This document shows, in pieces, positions 39,764 through 48,219 of a stretch of 54,093 bases of DNA. The DNA comes from an uncultured Candidatus Saccharibacteria bacterium (lineage in GTDB: Bacteria; Patescibacteriota; Dojkabacteria; SC72). The DNA lies in the NCBI GenBank assembly GCA_964480345.1, contig CAYZNW010000005.1, forward strand, positions 9,980 through 64,072, written 5' to 3'. The notes below the pieces were generated by a model. It ran no database searches. It saw only the letters and a program-made list of their open reading frames with translations, and was not told where the DNA came from. Made by a program: the position numbers and the translations under genes. Positions within the stretch are counted from its first letter, which is position 1; each line of letters begins with the position of its first letter.

Positions 39764-40364
39764 AGATATTGTTACTGTAATTAAATCTGTTAATTATGCT
39801 GAAGCAGATAAGATTCTTACTGTTTTTGGAAGAAACTCTGGTAAATTCTCACTGTTTGCTAAAGGTATCCGTAAAATAAATAGTAAGAATAGGGGAAATA
39901 TGCAGACATTAAGTACAAGCAAGATTTCATACTACGAAGGTAAAGGAATGCCTCTGCTAACAGAATCTGAGCTAATATCTGCTTTAGATCTGGATAAACT
40001 AGAGGTAGAGAATGTTAAGCGGATTCTCTTTCTACTTAATAAATTTCTTCAGGAGTACGATTCATATCCTCAGCTATTTGATTCCTTACAAAGAAGTTTA
40101 CAAGGTAATTTAAATGATAAAGTAACAAATAAATTAAGAATAATCTTTTTGAAAGAAATGGGCTTCCTAGGAGACTTTTCTACATGTTGTTGTTGTGGAA
40201 GTAAAAAAGAGTTGTCATATCTTTCAAAAGGAGATTTTGCACTTCTGTGCAAAAATTGTTACAGTAAAGAGAGAGGATATTCTCTTGGTGATGATCCGTA
40301 TGTTTCGTCTGATCTAACCAAGTGTCTTGATCAATATATTAAAAAAATAGTGGAGGAGATTTAG
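39756..40364 (+). CDS. recO: DNA repair protein RecO
   Basis: NYAEADKILTVF, AKGIRK..SK; C-terminal Cys motifs CCCC and CKNC. Confidence 0.88.
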   Translation: MSRDIVTVIKSVNYAEADKILTVFGRNSGKFSLFAKGIRKINSKNRGNMQTLSTSKISYYEGKGMPLLTESELISALDLDKLEVENVKRILFLLNKFLQEYDSYPQLFDSLQRSLQGNLNDKVTNKLRIIFLKEMGFLGDFSTCCCCGSKKELSYLSKGDFALLCKNCYSKERGYSLGDDPYVSSDLTKCLDQYIKKIVEEI

Positions 40365-42515
40365 ATGAAAATAGGTACTGCCTTAAAAACAATGATTGTA
40401 TTTCTGTTTCTTCTTTTTCCTTTCTCTTTTTTTGCAGAAGAACTCAATGTAAATGTTACTGTCTCTATTAATACAGATATTCACTCATATATTACATTAG
40501 TTCCTGCGACATCAGAGATTTCGGCTCCATCACAGGTTCAAATAAGTATGGTAGATGGTAATGGAAATCCTAAGGTTGGAAGAAAAACATATATATATGT
40601 TAAAGGTAGTAATGCAGATAAGGTTACTATTACTCAGGCTCCTATTACAAATGCTTCAGGTACTGCAACAGGAAATATATATGCTTCAACTCCTGGAGTG
40701 TATGAAGTATGTATACAGGATCAAACAGAGGTTAATGTTATAGAGGTTGAGAAATGTTCAAACTTTTATGTAATTCCTACTCCACCTCCTGTTATGGAGC
40801 AAGAACCAGCATATACCGTAGGTAGTACAAATACAGTTTCTTGGACTCCACAAGGTAGTTTGCCGTATCAGTACTATGTAGAGGTTAGTACCAACCAAGA
40901 TTTTACATCTGTTGTGAATAATAGTGGTTGGATCTCAACAACATCACATACTTTTTCTGGATTACAGGGTGGGCAAATGTACTTCTATAGAGTGAAAGCA
41001 AAGAATAACTACGGATCTGAAAGTACTTGGTCCAACTATGTATACTCTGCACAGAGTGTAGCTTCTCCAGCTATTATCTTAGAAAAAATTTCTCCTCTTC
41101 CAGATACATACTCTGATTCTTGGAACCAAGATTCTGTTATTTCATTTACATACAGGATTAATGATAAGTTAGGAGTAGATGGAGTGAAGTTCCTCTGTGT
41201 AAATTCTGATGGAAGTAAAAAAGAGTGTAATGCAACTATTTCGCAAGAAGGAAATATCTATACAGTATCTATAAAACTAGGAGATTTAGAGAAACAGCTT
41301 GATGGCACTACCCTATACCCCTCATACTCATTCTGTTTAGAAGCTACAAATAGTATTGGAACTAAGTCATCTAATTGTACAGCTACTGTTAATTTTTCAA
41401 AAAAGGTAGTTGTAGATGATACTGAAGAGCCATTAACGCCTCCAACTCCGTCAACACCACCTCCTGAAGTAGAAGAGGAGCCTGTTACTACAACACCGTT
41501 AGCAAGAATAATAGCTAAGGTAGAAAATGTAGTAAAAGAATTCTGGGGGACATTGAGTACAACTGTAGCAGATAGCACGCCTGAAGAAGCTCGTGATGTG
41601 GCTGTAACTTCTTTAGCAGTTAACGTTTCGGTAGGATTAGCACTCTTGACCTCTTTAATTACCTCTATGCCTTATTTGATCACTCAGATCATATTAGGTG
41701 TACTTACCTTCTTCGGTTTAAGAAAGAAAGGTAATTTAAATGGTTATATATATGACTCTTTTTCTAAAAATCCTGTAAGGCAAGCCATAGTCAGAATATA
41801 TACTAAAGAAGATGAGTTAATCTGGACAGATGTTACTAACCAGCAAGGTTATTTCAAAACTATTGATATTCCAAATGGAGAGTATTACATTACAGTTAAC
41901 GCTAATGGATATATCTTCCCAACTAAAACGATATTTGGAAGTACAGATTTACCTATGGAAAATATATACCATGGAGGAGTATTTACTGTTACAAAAAATA
42001 GTATTCCGAAATTTTCGATACCTTTAGATAGGGCAGAGTCTAAAGCATTTTCTATCTTAAAACAGAGATCTTGGAACTTGCTTAAATTAATATTCCATTT
42101 ACTTCATGTCACTGTATTTATAATTGGTTTAATCTTTAGTATATATGCTGTCTCTGTAAGTCCTATACTTATCAACTACATAATCTTAGCTTTATATATC
42201 CCATCTATCCTATTGATCGTATTTCCGTTATGGATAAATAGAGAGAAGTATGGAATTGTTAGAGATGAGAAGAAAAATAGGTTAGAGGGGATTGATATCG
42301 GGCTATATGAGTCTGAATTTAACAGATTAGTGCTAAAGAGAGTAACTGACAGTAAAGGAAGATATAGATTTTTAGCTGATCGAGGCAACTACTACATATC
42401 TGTTCTAAATCCGGAATATTCTATTGTTAATGAAAAGAAATTTGAAAATATTGTTGTAAAAAAGCGTACTGGCGAAATGATTCGACCAGATATTACAGTT
42501 CGAAAAAATGTATAG
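40365..42515 (+). CDS. Large surface/membrane protein: Big_1-like, FN3-like, Pro-rich linker, carboxypeptidase-regulatory-like domains and TM helices
   Basis: Signal peptide; TNASGTATG, YFYRVKAKN..SESTWS, PPTPSTPPP, TDVTNQQGYF, VTDSKGRYRFL. Confidence 0.7.
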   Translation: MKIGTALKTMIVFLFLLFPFSFFAEELNVNVTVSINTDIHSYITLVPATSEISAPSQVQISMVDGNGNPKVGRKTYIYVKGSNADKVTITQAPITNASGTATGNIYASTPGVYEVCIQDQTEVNVIEVEKCSNFYVIPTPPPVMEQEPAYTVGSTNTVSWTPQGSLPYQYYVEVSTNQDFTSVVNNSGWISTTSHTFSGLQGGQMYFYRVKAKNNYGSESTWSNYVYSAQSVASPAIILEKISPLPDTYSDSWNQDSVISFTYRINDKLGVDGVKFLCVNSDGSKKECNATISQEGNIYTVSIKLGDLEKQLDGTTLYPSYSFCLEATNSIGTKSSNCTATVNFSKKVVVDDTEEPLTPPTPSTPPPEVEEEPVTTTPLARIIAKVENVVKEFWGTLSTTVADSTPEEARDVAVTSLAVNVSVGLALLTSLITSMPYLITQIILGVLTFFGLRKKGNLNGYIYDSFSKNPVRQAIVRIYTKEDELIWTDVTNQQGYFKTIDIPNGEYYITVNANGYIFPTKTIFGSTDLPMENIYHGGVFTVTKNSIPKFSIPLDRAESKAFSILKQRSWNLLKLIFHLLHVTVFIIGLIFSIYAVSVSPILINYIILALYIPSILLIVFPLWINREKYGIVRDEKKNRLEGIDIGLYESEFNRLVLKRVTDSKGRYRFLADRGNYYISVLNPEYSIVNEKKFENIVVKKRTGEMIRPDITVRKNV

Positions 42516-44171
42516 CTATTTCCTACTCAACTCTTTATGCATATATAGTTTGCCTTTGTAGAACATATTTGATTCGTAATACTTTCTTGTTCCAATAGCA
42601 GATATTACAGAAATCCTCTCTATGCCTTGCTTCTTACTAATTCTCTCTGCCTCCTTTATTAACATTCTCCCAAGACCTAAATGTTGTGACTCTCCCCTAC
42701 TTTGCTGTTTTAGTCCAACTACAGTCCCATATACATGTATCTCTCTGATTATGCTAGAACTATTTAATTCATTTATGAAATTACAGTTAATTAAATCTCT
42801 CTTTGGAATAGATAATCTAAGAAAAGCACATAACATATCATCTTTCTTTGTTCTGTATGATATGAAATACTCAGTACTAACACTCGTTTTGTATTTAATA
42901 CTTTCAAGTTCTAAATCTCTCCTATCCACCTCTCTATTTTTAATTTCTCTTGCGTGAATCTCATTAATCTTCACTCCTTTATGCTTCAGATTACCCTCAA
43001 CTATCTGTCTCAGATTAGTAATCTTACTTCCTGCCTCTATCTCTTCAGAAGGAATATCTCTTATGATTCTAGAAAGCCTGCAATATCTAGGAGTCATAGC
43101 TATACTCTTTTCTAAAACTTCTATTAGCTCCTCTTTACTATACGGTACATATTGATTCTCTTTGTATAGATGATACAGTCTTGTATTTGAAATGACAGAA
43201 GTTGGATAGATCTTAAGTTCATCTGGAGCAAACTCCTCTGACCACAATTTCTTGTATCCATCAATATCAATCTTTGGAGTAGACATATACAGTGCTGGCA
43301 TCCAGTGTCCATGAATCTTAAACCCTGCTCTTCTTAACAGAGCAAATGCCTTCTTGACATCATCTACACTCCTGCCTACACAGTTTGCATCAAGTATCTT
43401 GTCAGAGAGAGTTTGTATCCCTATTTGAACCTTTGTAGCTCCAAATCTTCTCATAGTGATTACTTCATCTTCAGTAATACAGTCAGGTCTTGTTTCTAAA
43501 ACTAAACCTACATTCCTACTGTATGCTCCCTCGTTCTTCCTCTGATTCTTTTCTAGTTCACTCCATTTTACATCTTTAAATGAGTCATCTTTAGGTATTA
43601 CATATTCATTACTATTCATATCAATATCATTCATTGCTCTAAAACATTCATTTATGAACCAAATTCTGTAATCTAAAGAATATGCCGACCAAGTTCCTCC
43701 AAGAATAATTAACTCGACCTTCTCCACATTATGCCCAATCTTTTTTAAAGCTACTACCCTATTAAATACCTGGGCATACGGATCAAACTTACTTACTAAA
43801 GCCCTCTGAGCACCAGGTTCAGAAGCTATGTAACTTTTCGGCATACTTGAATCATTTGGACAGAAGATACATCTACCAGGACATGGATACGGCTTAGTTA
43901 ATACAGTAACTACAGCAACTCCTGAATTAGTTCTTGTAGGTTTTAAACGAATTCTGTTTTCTAAAAGCTTACTTCTCTCAATTAGCTTTTTAGAAAGAAG
44001 AAAGTTATACATCTCCACAAGCTCGTCATTACGATATATCATCCCATTACTACTTTTGAATTTTCTTAACAGCTTGTTCAATGAATCTGTATTCCAATCT
44101 TTCGAATTAATGAAAAGAATTTCATCAAATATCTTCTTAAATTTTTTAGTTTTTTCAGTATTAAATTTCAT
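42516..44171 (-). CDS. elp3: Elp3-family radical SAM / acetyltransferase tRNA U34-modifying enzyme
   Basis: RTNSGVAVVTV, CPGRCIFCP, PKSYIASEPG, ETRPD, ELKIYPT, IREIHVYG, QHLGLGRML, ISAIGTRKYY. Confidence 0.93.
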   Translation of the reverse strand: MKFNTEKTKKFKKIFDEILFINSKDWNTDSLNKLLRKFKSSNGMIYRNDELVEMYNFLLSKKLIERSKLLENRIRLKPTRTNSGVAVVTVLTKPYPCPGRCIFCPNDSSMPKSYIASEPGAQRALVSKFDPYAQVFNRVVALKKIGHNVEKVELIILGGTWSAYSLDYRIWFINECFRAMNDIDMNSNEYVIPKDDSFKDVKWSELEKNQRKNEGAYSRNVGLVLETRPDCITEDEVITMRRFGATKVQIGIQTLSDKILDANCVGRSVDDVKKAFALLRRAGFKIHGHWMPALYMSTPKIDIDGYKKLWSEEFAPDELKIYPTSVISNTRLYHLYKENQYVPYSKEELIEVLEKSIAMTPRYCRLSRIIRDIPSEEIEAGSKITNLRQIVEGNLKHKGVKINEIHAREIKNREVDRRDLELESIKYKTSVSTEYFISYRTKKDDMLCAFLRLSIPKRDLINCNFINELNSSSIIREIHVYGTVVGLKQQSRGESQHLGLGRMLIKEAERISKKQGIERISVISAIGTRKYYESNMFYKGKLYMHKELSRK

Positions 44172-44221
44172 AATTATCTGATATGCTTACTATTATCTAA
44201 CATTTTAACGATTCTTACTAT

Positions 44222-44830
44222 ATGCGAAGGCCAAGCATTGCTTTAGAGAGAAGTTTAATTTTAATTAAACCAGATGTATTACAGAGACAGATTGTTGGGG
44301 AAATACTAACAAGATTTGAAAGAAAAGGGTTTAAGATAGTTGGACTAAAGATGTTAAATGCGACGAAAGAACAAGTAGGAGAACATTACACAGCAGATGA
44401 GGCATACTTAATTGAAACAGGAGAGAAAGCAAAAAAAGGAGCTATAGCGAGAGGAGAGGATGTTTCAAATTGGAATTCATTAGAAAGAGGGAGAGTCATT
44501 AGACAACGAAATATTGATTATCTAACCTGCGGCCCTATTGTAGCTATGATACTGGAAGGACATGGAGTTGTATCTCAGGTGAGAAAAGTATTAGGTAGTA
44601 CTAGTCCAGCAGATGGAGATGTTGGAACCATTCGAGATGATTACTCTTTGGACACATACGCTTTAGCTGACTATATCTCTAGATCCACAAGAACAATGTT
44701 ACATGCCTCCGACTCAGTAGAAAATGCAGAAAGAGAGATAAAGATTTGGTTTACTAAGAAAGAGATATGTAACGATTACGAGACTGGTGTAGAAAAGATA
44801 TTCTACGATGAAGGGTGGGATCGAAAGTAG
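44222..44830 (+). CDS. ndk: Nucleoside diphosphate kinase, long variant
   Basis: SLILIKPD..QRQIVGEI..RFERKG, GTIRDDY, LHASDS (phospho-His), AEREIKIWF. Confidence 0.93.
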   Translation: MRRPSIALERSLILIKPDVLQRQIVGEILTRFERKGFKIVGLKMLNATKEQVGEHYTADEAYLIETGEKAKKGAIARGEDVSNWNSLERGRVIRQRNIDYLTCGPIVAMILEGHGVVSQVRKVLGSTSPADGDVGTIRDDYSLDTYALADYISRSTRTMLHASDSVENAEREIKIWFTKKEICNDYETGVEKIFYDEGWDRK

Positions 44831-44832
44831 GA

Positions 44833-45447
44833 TTACAGATTTAAAATATCATTAATCTCCCCTATTTTCCCAGATGAATTATTTTTTGTTGTATCTAAAA
44901 ACTCTTTAAGCTTTTTGAAATCCTCTAGTAGCACAGCTCTCAAATTAGGATTGTAAAGTGCAGCAGCCGGATGGTACATAGAGAAGATGGGAATATGGGA
45001 TGGATGATCAAATACCTCTCCATGTGAAGTAGTAATATTTGTATTTGGAACAAATCTAGTGAGAGCATGCCTACCTAAAGTTACTATGACTCTTGGTTTA
45101 ATGAAAAGAAGTTCAGCATTAAGCCAAACTCTACAAGCATCCTTCTCTGAATCTTGAGGCTCCCTATTATCTGGAGGCCTGTATTTCACAATATTACTAA
45201 CATACACATCCTCTCTCGTATGACCAATACTTTGCAAAAGTTCATTAAGAAATTTACCAGCAGCTCCTACAAAAGGTCTACCCTGAAGATCCTCATTTCT
45301 TCCTGGAGCTTCCCCTATGAATATTATCCCTGAAGATGGAGGATTAATCTCATACACAGGTTGAGTAGCCACATCTTTCAACTTACAACTATTATGAACT
45401 GCATAGTACTCATGCAATTCTTTTATGGAATCAAACTCCCTTCTCAT
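44833..45447 (-). CDS. udg: Family-4 uracil-DNA glycosylase
   Basis: IGEAPGRNED..GRPFVGAAG, NIVKYRPP, MYHPAAALY. Confidence 0.93.
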   Translation of the reverse strand: MRREFDSIKELHEYYAVHNSCKLKDVATQPVYEINPPSSGIIFIGEAPGRNEDLQGRPFVGAAGKFLNELLQSIGHTREDVYVSNIVKYRPPDNREPQDSEKDACRVWLNAELLFIKPRVIVTLGRHALTRFVPNTNITTSHGEVFDHPSHIPIFSMYHPAAALYNPNLRAVLLEDFKKLKEFLDTTKNNSSGKIGEINDILNL

Positions 45448-45503
45448 TCATTAATTATACATTAAAGCACAACAGTGTATAGTAATCCTGATATACTATT
45501 AAG

Positions 45504-45731
45504 ATGAAGATTACTGTTAAAGTAAAAATAAATCAGAAAGAGGAAAAAGTAGAATACATTGAAGCAGAAAATATATATATCTTACACACAAAAGAACCTG
45601 CTAAAGAGAATAAAGCTAATATGAAAGTTATTGAAATCCTGTCAGAAAAATTTCATATTCCCAAAAGAAATATTACAATAACTTATGGATTAAAAAACAG
45701 AAACAAAATTGTGAATATAGATGAGAATTAA
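45504..45731 (+). CDS. DUF167 (YggU) family protein
   Basis: ITVKVK, EPAKENKAN..VIEILS..F, GLKNRNKIV. Confidence 0.85.
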   Translation: MKITVKVKINQKEEKVEYIEAENIYILHTKEPAKENKANMKVIEILSEKFHIPKRNITITYGLKNRNKIVNIDEN

Positions 45732-45734
45732 AAG

Positions 45735-46184
45735 CTAAACCTCCCCCTGTATACTCCAGAAAGTAACCTGCCCGATATTCATATTTGGATATATCTTAAC
45801 TGGCAAAACAGGATTCAACATCAAAGTACACTGCTTAATAGAGCCTAAATCAATCAAATCTGCTGTAATATTCACAAAAATCCCAAGCCTCCCTATCGAT
45901 GACCGTCCCTTAATAATTGGCACATACAAATTACTCCCTATGACCTCCTGAGTCTTACCGATATATATCTGATTAGGATCTAACAACAAGCCCTCCTCTG
46001 TAATAGTAATCTCCTCTGTCTCATTCTCCCCCTTAGAATCTAAAATATCTCCTTTGTAAATCTGCAATGTAGAATCAATATGAAAATCATATGAATTTGC
46101 TTGTATACTCTTCTCATCAAAAGGAGATATTACAATTGTTCCTTCATTCACACATTTTGAAATTTCTTTACCTGTTAAAATCAT
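45735..46184 (-). CDS. dCTP deaminase/dUTPase-fold protein B (motif-2 Ser/Arg intact; catalytic Glu and C-terminal tail missing)
   Basis: MILTGKEI, ANSYD, GRSSIGRLG, ITADLIDLG, TLML, IGQVTFW. Confidence 0.88.
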   Translation of the reverse strand: MILTGKEISKCVNEGTIVISPFDEKSIQANSYDFHIDSTLQIYKGDILDSKGENETEEITITEEGLLLDPNQIYIGKTQEVIGSNLYVPIIKGRSSIGRLGIFVNITADLIDLGSIKQCTLMLNPVLPVKIYPNMNIGQVTFWSIQGEV

Positions 46185-46705
46185 TTTTCTAATTGTTTAA
46201 ATAATTTACTTAAGTATGGAGTATTCTGAGTCGCATAAAATTCTGTATTGTCATAATTAATCTCCCCTTTAGGTAGCCAAAAAGTCACTTTCCCAATCTC
46301 CATAAATGGATATACTCGCAATTTCTTTACAACCTGAATCTCTAAAGTCCATTTATGTGCTTTCCCTAGCTGACCTAAATCTGCAGTAATTTGCAAAAAC
46401 ATACCAAGCTTACCTATACGATTCCTTCCTGCTAGTGAAGTTACAAAGTGTTGACTACCAATAACTTCACTTGTGGTACCGAGATACAGTTTATTTGGTT
46501 CTAGTACAAAACCCTCCTCTGGGATAGTTATCTCCTTTGTTGAAGGCTCTCTATTAATATCACCAACATCGTCTATCTCTATGAGAGTATTTGAAAGATG
46601 GTAAATATAGCTAGTTGGAGCTATACACCTTTCCTCAAAAGGAGAAATAACAACCCTTCCTGACTCTACCTCTTTTTTTATTTCCTTACCTGTTAGTATG
46701 CTTAT
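46181..46705 (-). CDS. dCTP deaminase/dUTPase-fold protein A, 174 aa, putative ATA start (the ORF track shows only the last 73 aa)
   Basis: Hand-translated frame is open from ATA 46705: (M)SILTGKEIKKEVESGRVVISPFEE...LEPNKLYLGTTSEVIGS...GRNRIGKLGMFLQITADLGQLG...WTLEI. GGAG lies 7 nt upstream. No ATG, GTG or TTG between the upstream in-frame TAG and this point. Confidence 0.8.
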   Translation of the reverse strand: MSILTGKEIKKEVESGRVVISPFEERCIAPTSYIYHLSNTLIEIDDVGDINREPSTKEITIPEEGFVLEPNKLYLGTTSEVIGSQHFVTSLAGRNRIGKLGMFLQITADLGQLGKAHKWTLEIQVVKKLRVYPFMEIGKVTFWLPKGEINYDNTEFYATQNTPYLSKLFKQLEK

Positions 46706-46944
46706 AAACTGTCTCCAACGTAATAAGTTATGTTTATATAACAGAAACTATAGCAGATATTTCAGAATATTTTAAGAAGCTATAAGCTAATTTAGCGTTA
46801 CTTATGTTTAAATCTTCTATCGTTGTTCATAACTGCAGTTAATAAATGAACTAGCTATAATAATAAAAATTGTTAGCTTAAGGTAATCACATTGATAATA
46901 TCCCATACTGTCTTAAATCATTATTAAATATCCTCTTAAATGCT

Positions 46945-47007
46945 TTCACCATCTAAGTTTGTAACCACCTTCAACCTGTTTGATCTTCTTCACTATGATT
47001 TCACCAT
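46945..47007 (+). promoter_or_regulatory. Candidate OmpR/PhoB-type direct-repeat operator
   Basis: TTCACCAT at 46945, TTCACTAT at 46989, TTCACCAT at 47000; all offsets are multiples of 11 bp. Confidence 0.5.
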
Positions 47008-47056
47008 ATCTTTAGTAATGTATTACCGTAATATCTAAATTAATATATTTAGAACT

Positions 47057-47515
47057 ATGAAAATAAAAGTATCCAAGAAAAAAGACAATAAGATAAATAA
47101 AAACCTGATTGTAGTATATACCTCTATAGGTGCAATATTAGTAATACTTGGAGTATACACTGCTCCAGTTAGTGCTAATGCATCAGAAAGCAACATTACT
47201 GCAGTACAGCTTCCTTTGATATCTAAAGTTATTGATGAAATGAATGTTCCTTTAGATGAAATAAAGGAAATAGATGACTCTGCAGAGGGTAAAGCAGCAC
47301 TTCGAGTAGAAAAGATATTAGCAGGTATTAACGAAGGTAAAATTAATGAACGGCAGGCAGAGATTCTTAATGTGTTAGAAGATCTAGCACCTTTAGAGTC
47401 AAATACTCAGCTTGTTACCACATTAAGTGAAATGTACTCTGTTACTAAGGATGAAGTTACCTCTCTTGAGAGTACACTTACCGAGCTTGGTGTAGATCTC
47501 TCGTGGTATGTCTAG
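47057..47515 (+). CDS. Hypothetical secreted helical protein
   Basis: Basic N-region, hydrophobic helix, VSANA cleavage-like site; EGKINERQAE motif; lies just before the two-component genes. Confidence 0.7.
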   Translation: MKIKVSKKKDNKINKNLIVVYTSIGAILVILGVYTAPVSANASESNITAVQLPLISKVIDEMNVPLDEIKEIDDSAEGKAALRVEKILAGINEGKINERQAEILNVLEDLAPLESNTQLVTTLSEMYSVTKDEVTSLESTLTELGVDLSWYV

Positions 47516-47535
47516 TAACAGTATATAATTGAGGT

Positions 47536-48195
47536 ATGAAAATACTGTTAGTAGAAGATGAAGAAGATTTAAGAAATATTGTAAAAAGATATTTAGAAAA
47601 GAGTAAATATTTAGTGGATGTAGCAGGAGATGGTAAGAAGGCTTTAGAGATGAGTAATATCACATCATATGATCTTCTAATTTTAGATTTAAATCTTCCC
47701 ATAATAGATGGTATAGAGGTATCAAAAAGATTGCGCATGAGAGGAAGTGATGTTCCCATAATTATGCTTACTGCTAGATCACAGGTGTACAACAAGCTTG
47801 AGGGTTTTGATGTTGGAGCTGATGATTACATCACTAAACCTTTTGATATGAAAGAGCTATTAGCTAGGATCACTGCTGTTTTGAAAAGAGGCAGGAAAAA
47901 TCTAATTGTATTAAAATTTAATGAATATGATGTGTTCCCTAGGAAAAATATATTAAAGAAAGGTAATGAAGTTGTAGAACTGAGTACAAAGGAGATGGGT
48001 ATATTAGAATACCTTTTACTAAATAAAGGAGTACCTGTATCAACTGAGGAGCTTTTGGAGCATGTTTGGGATACGGAGATTGATATGTTAACTGATACTG
48101 TTAAGACTCATATTAAAACTTTAAGAAAAAAGGTAGACCCTAACAAGAAATATATTTTAAATATCAGAGGTAAGGGCTATTTGTACAAAGGTTAA
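47536..48195 (+). CDS. OmpR/PhoB-family response regulator
   Basis: KILLVEDE, YDLLILDLNLP, MLTAR, GADDYITKPF, HIKTLRKK, IRGKGY. Confidence 0.97.
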   Translation: MKILLVEDEEDLRNIVKRYLEKSKYLVDVAGDGKKALEMSNITSYDLLILDLNLPIIDGIEVSKRLRMRGSDVPIIMLTARSQVYNKLEGFDVGADDYITKPFDMKELLARITAVLKRGRKNLIVLKFNEYDVFPRKNILKKGNEVVELSTKEMGILEYLLLNKGVPVSTEELLEHVWDTEIDMLTDTVKTHIKTLRKKVDPNKKYILNIRGKGYLYKG

Positions 48196-48219
48196 TTAAT
48201 TTCTAATCAAACATATATT

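Noticed and set aside
46181-46402. 73-aa ORF as a stand-alone gene or a frameshifted pseudogene
   Set aside because: Manual translation shows an unbroken frame to 46705; it is the 3' part of a 174-aa protein.
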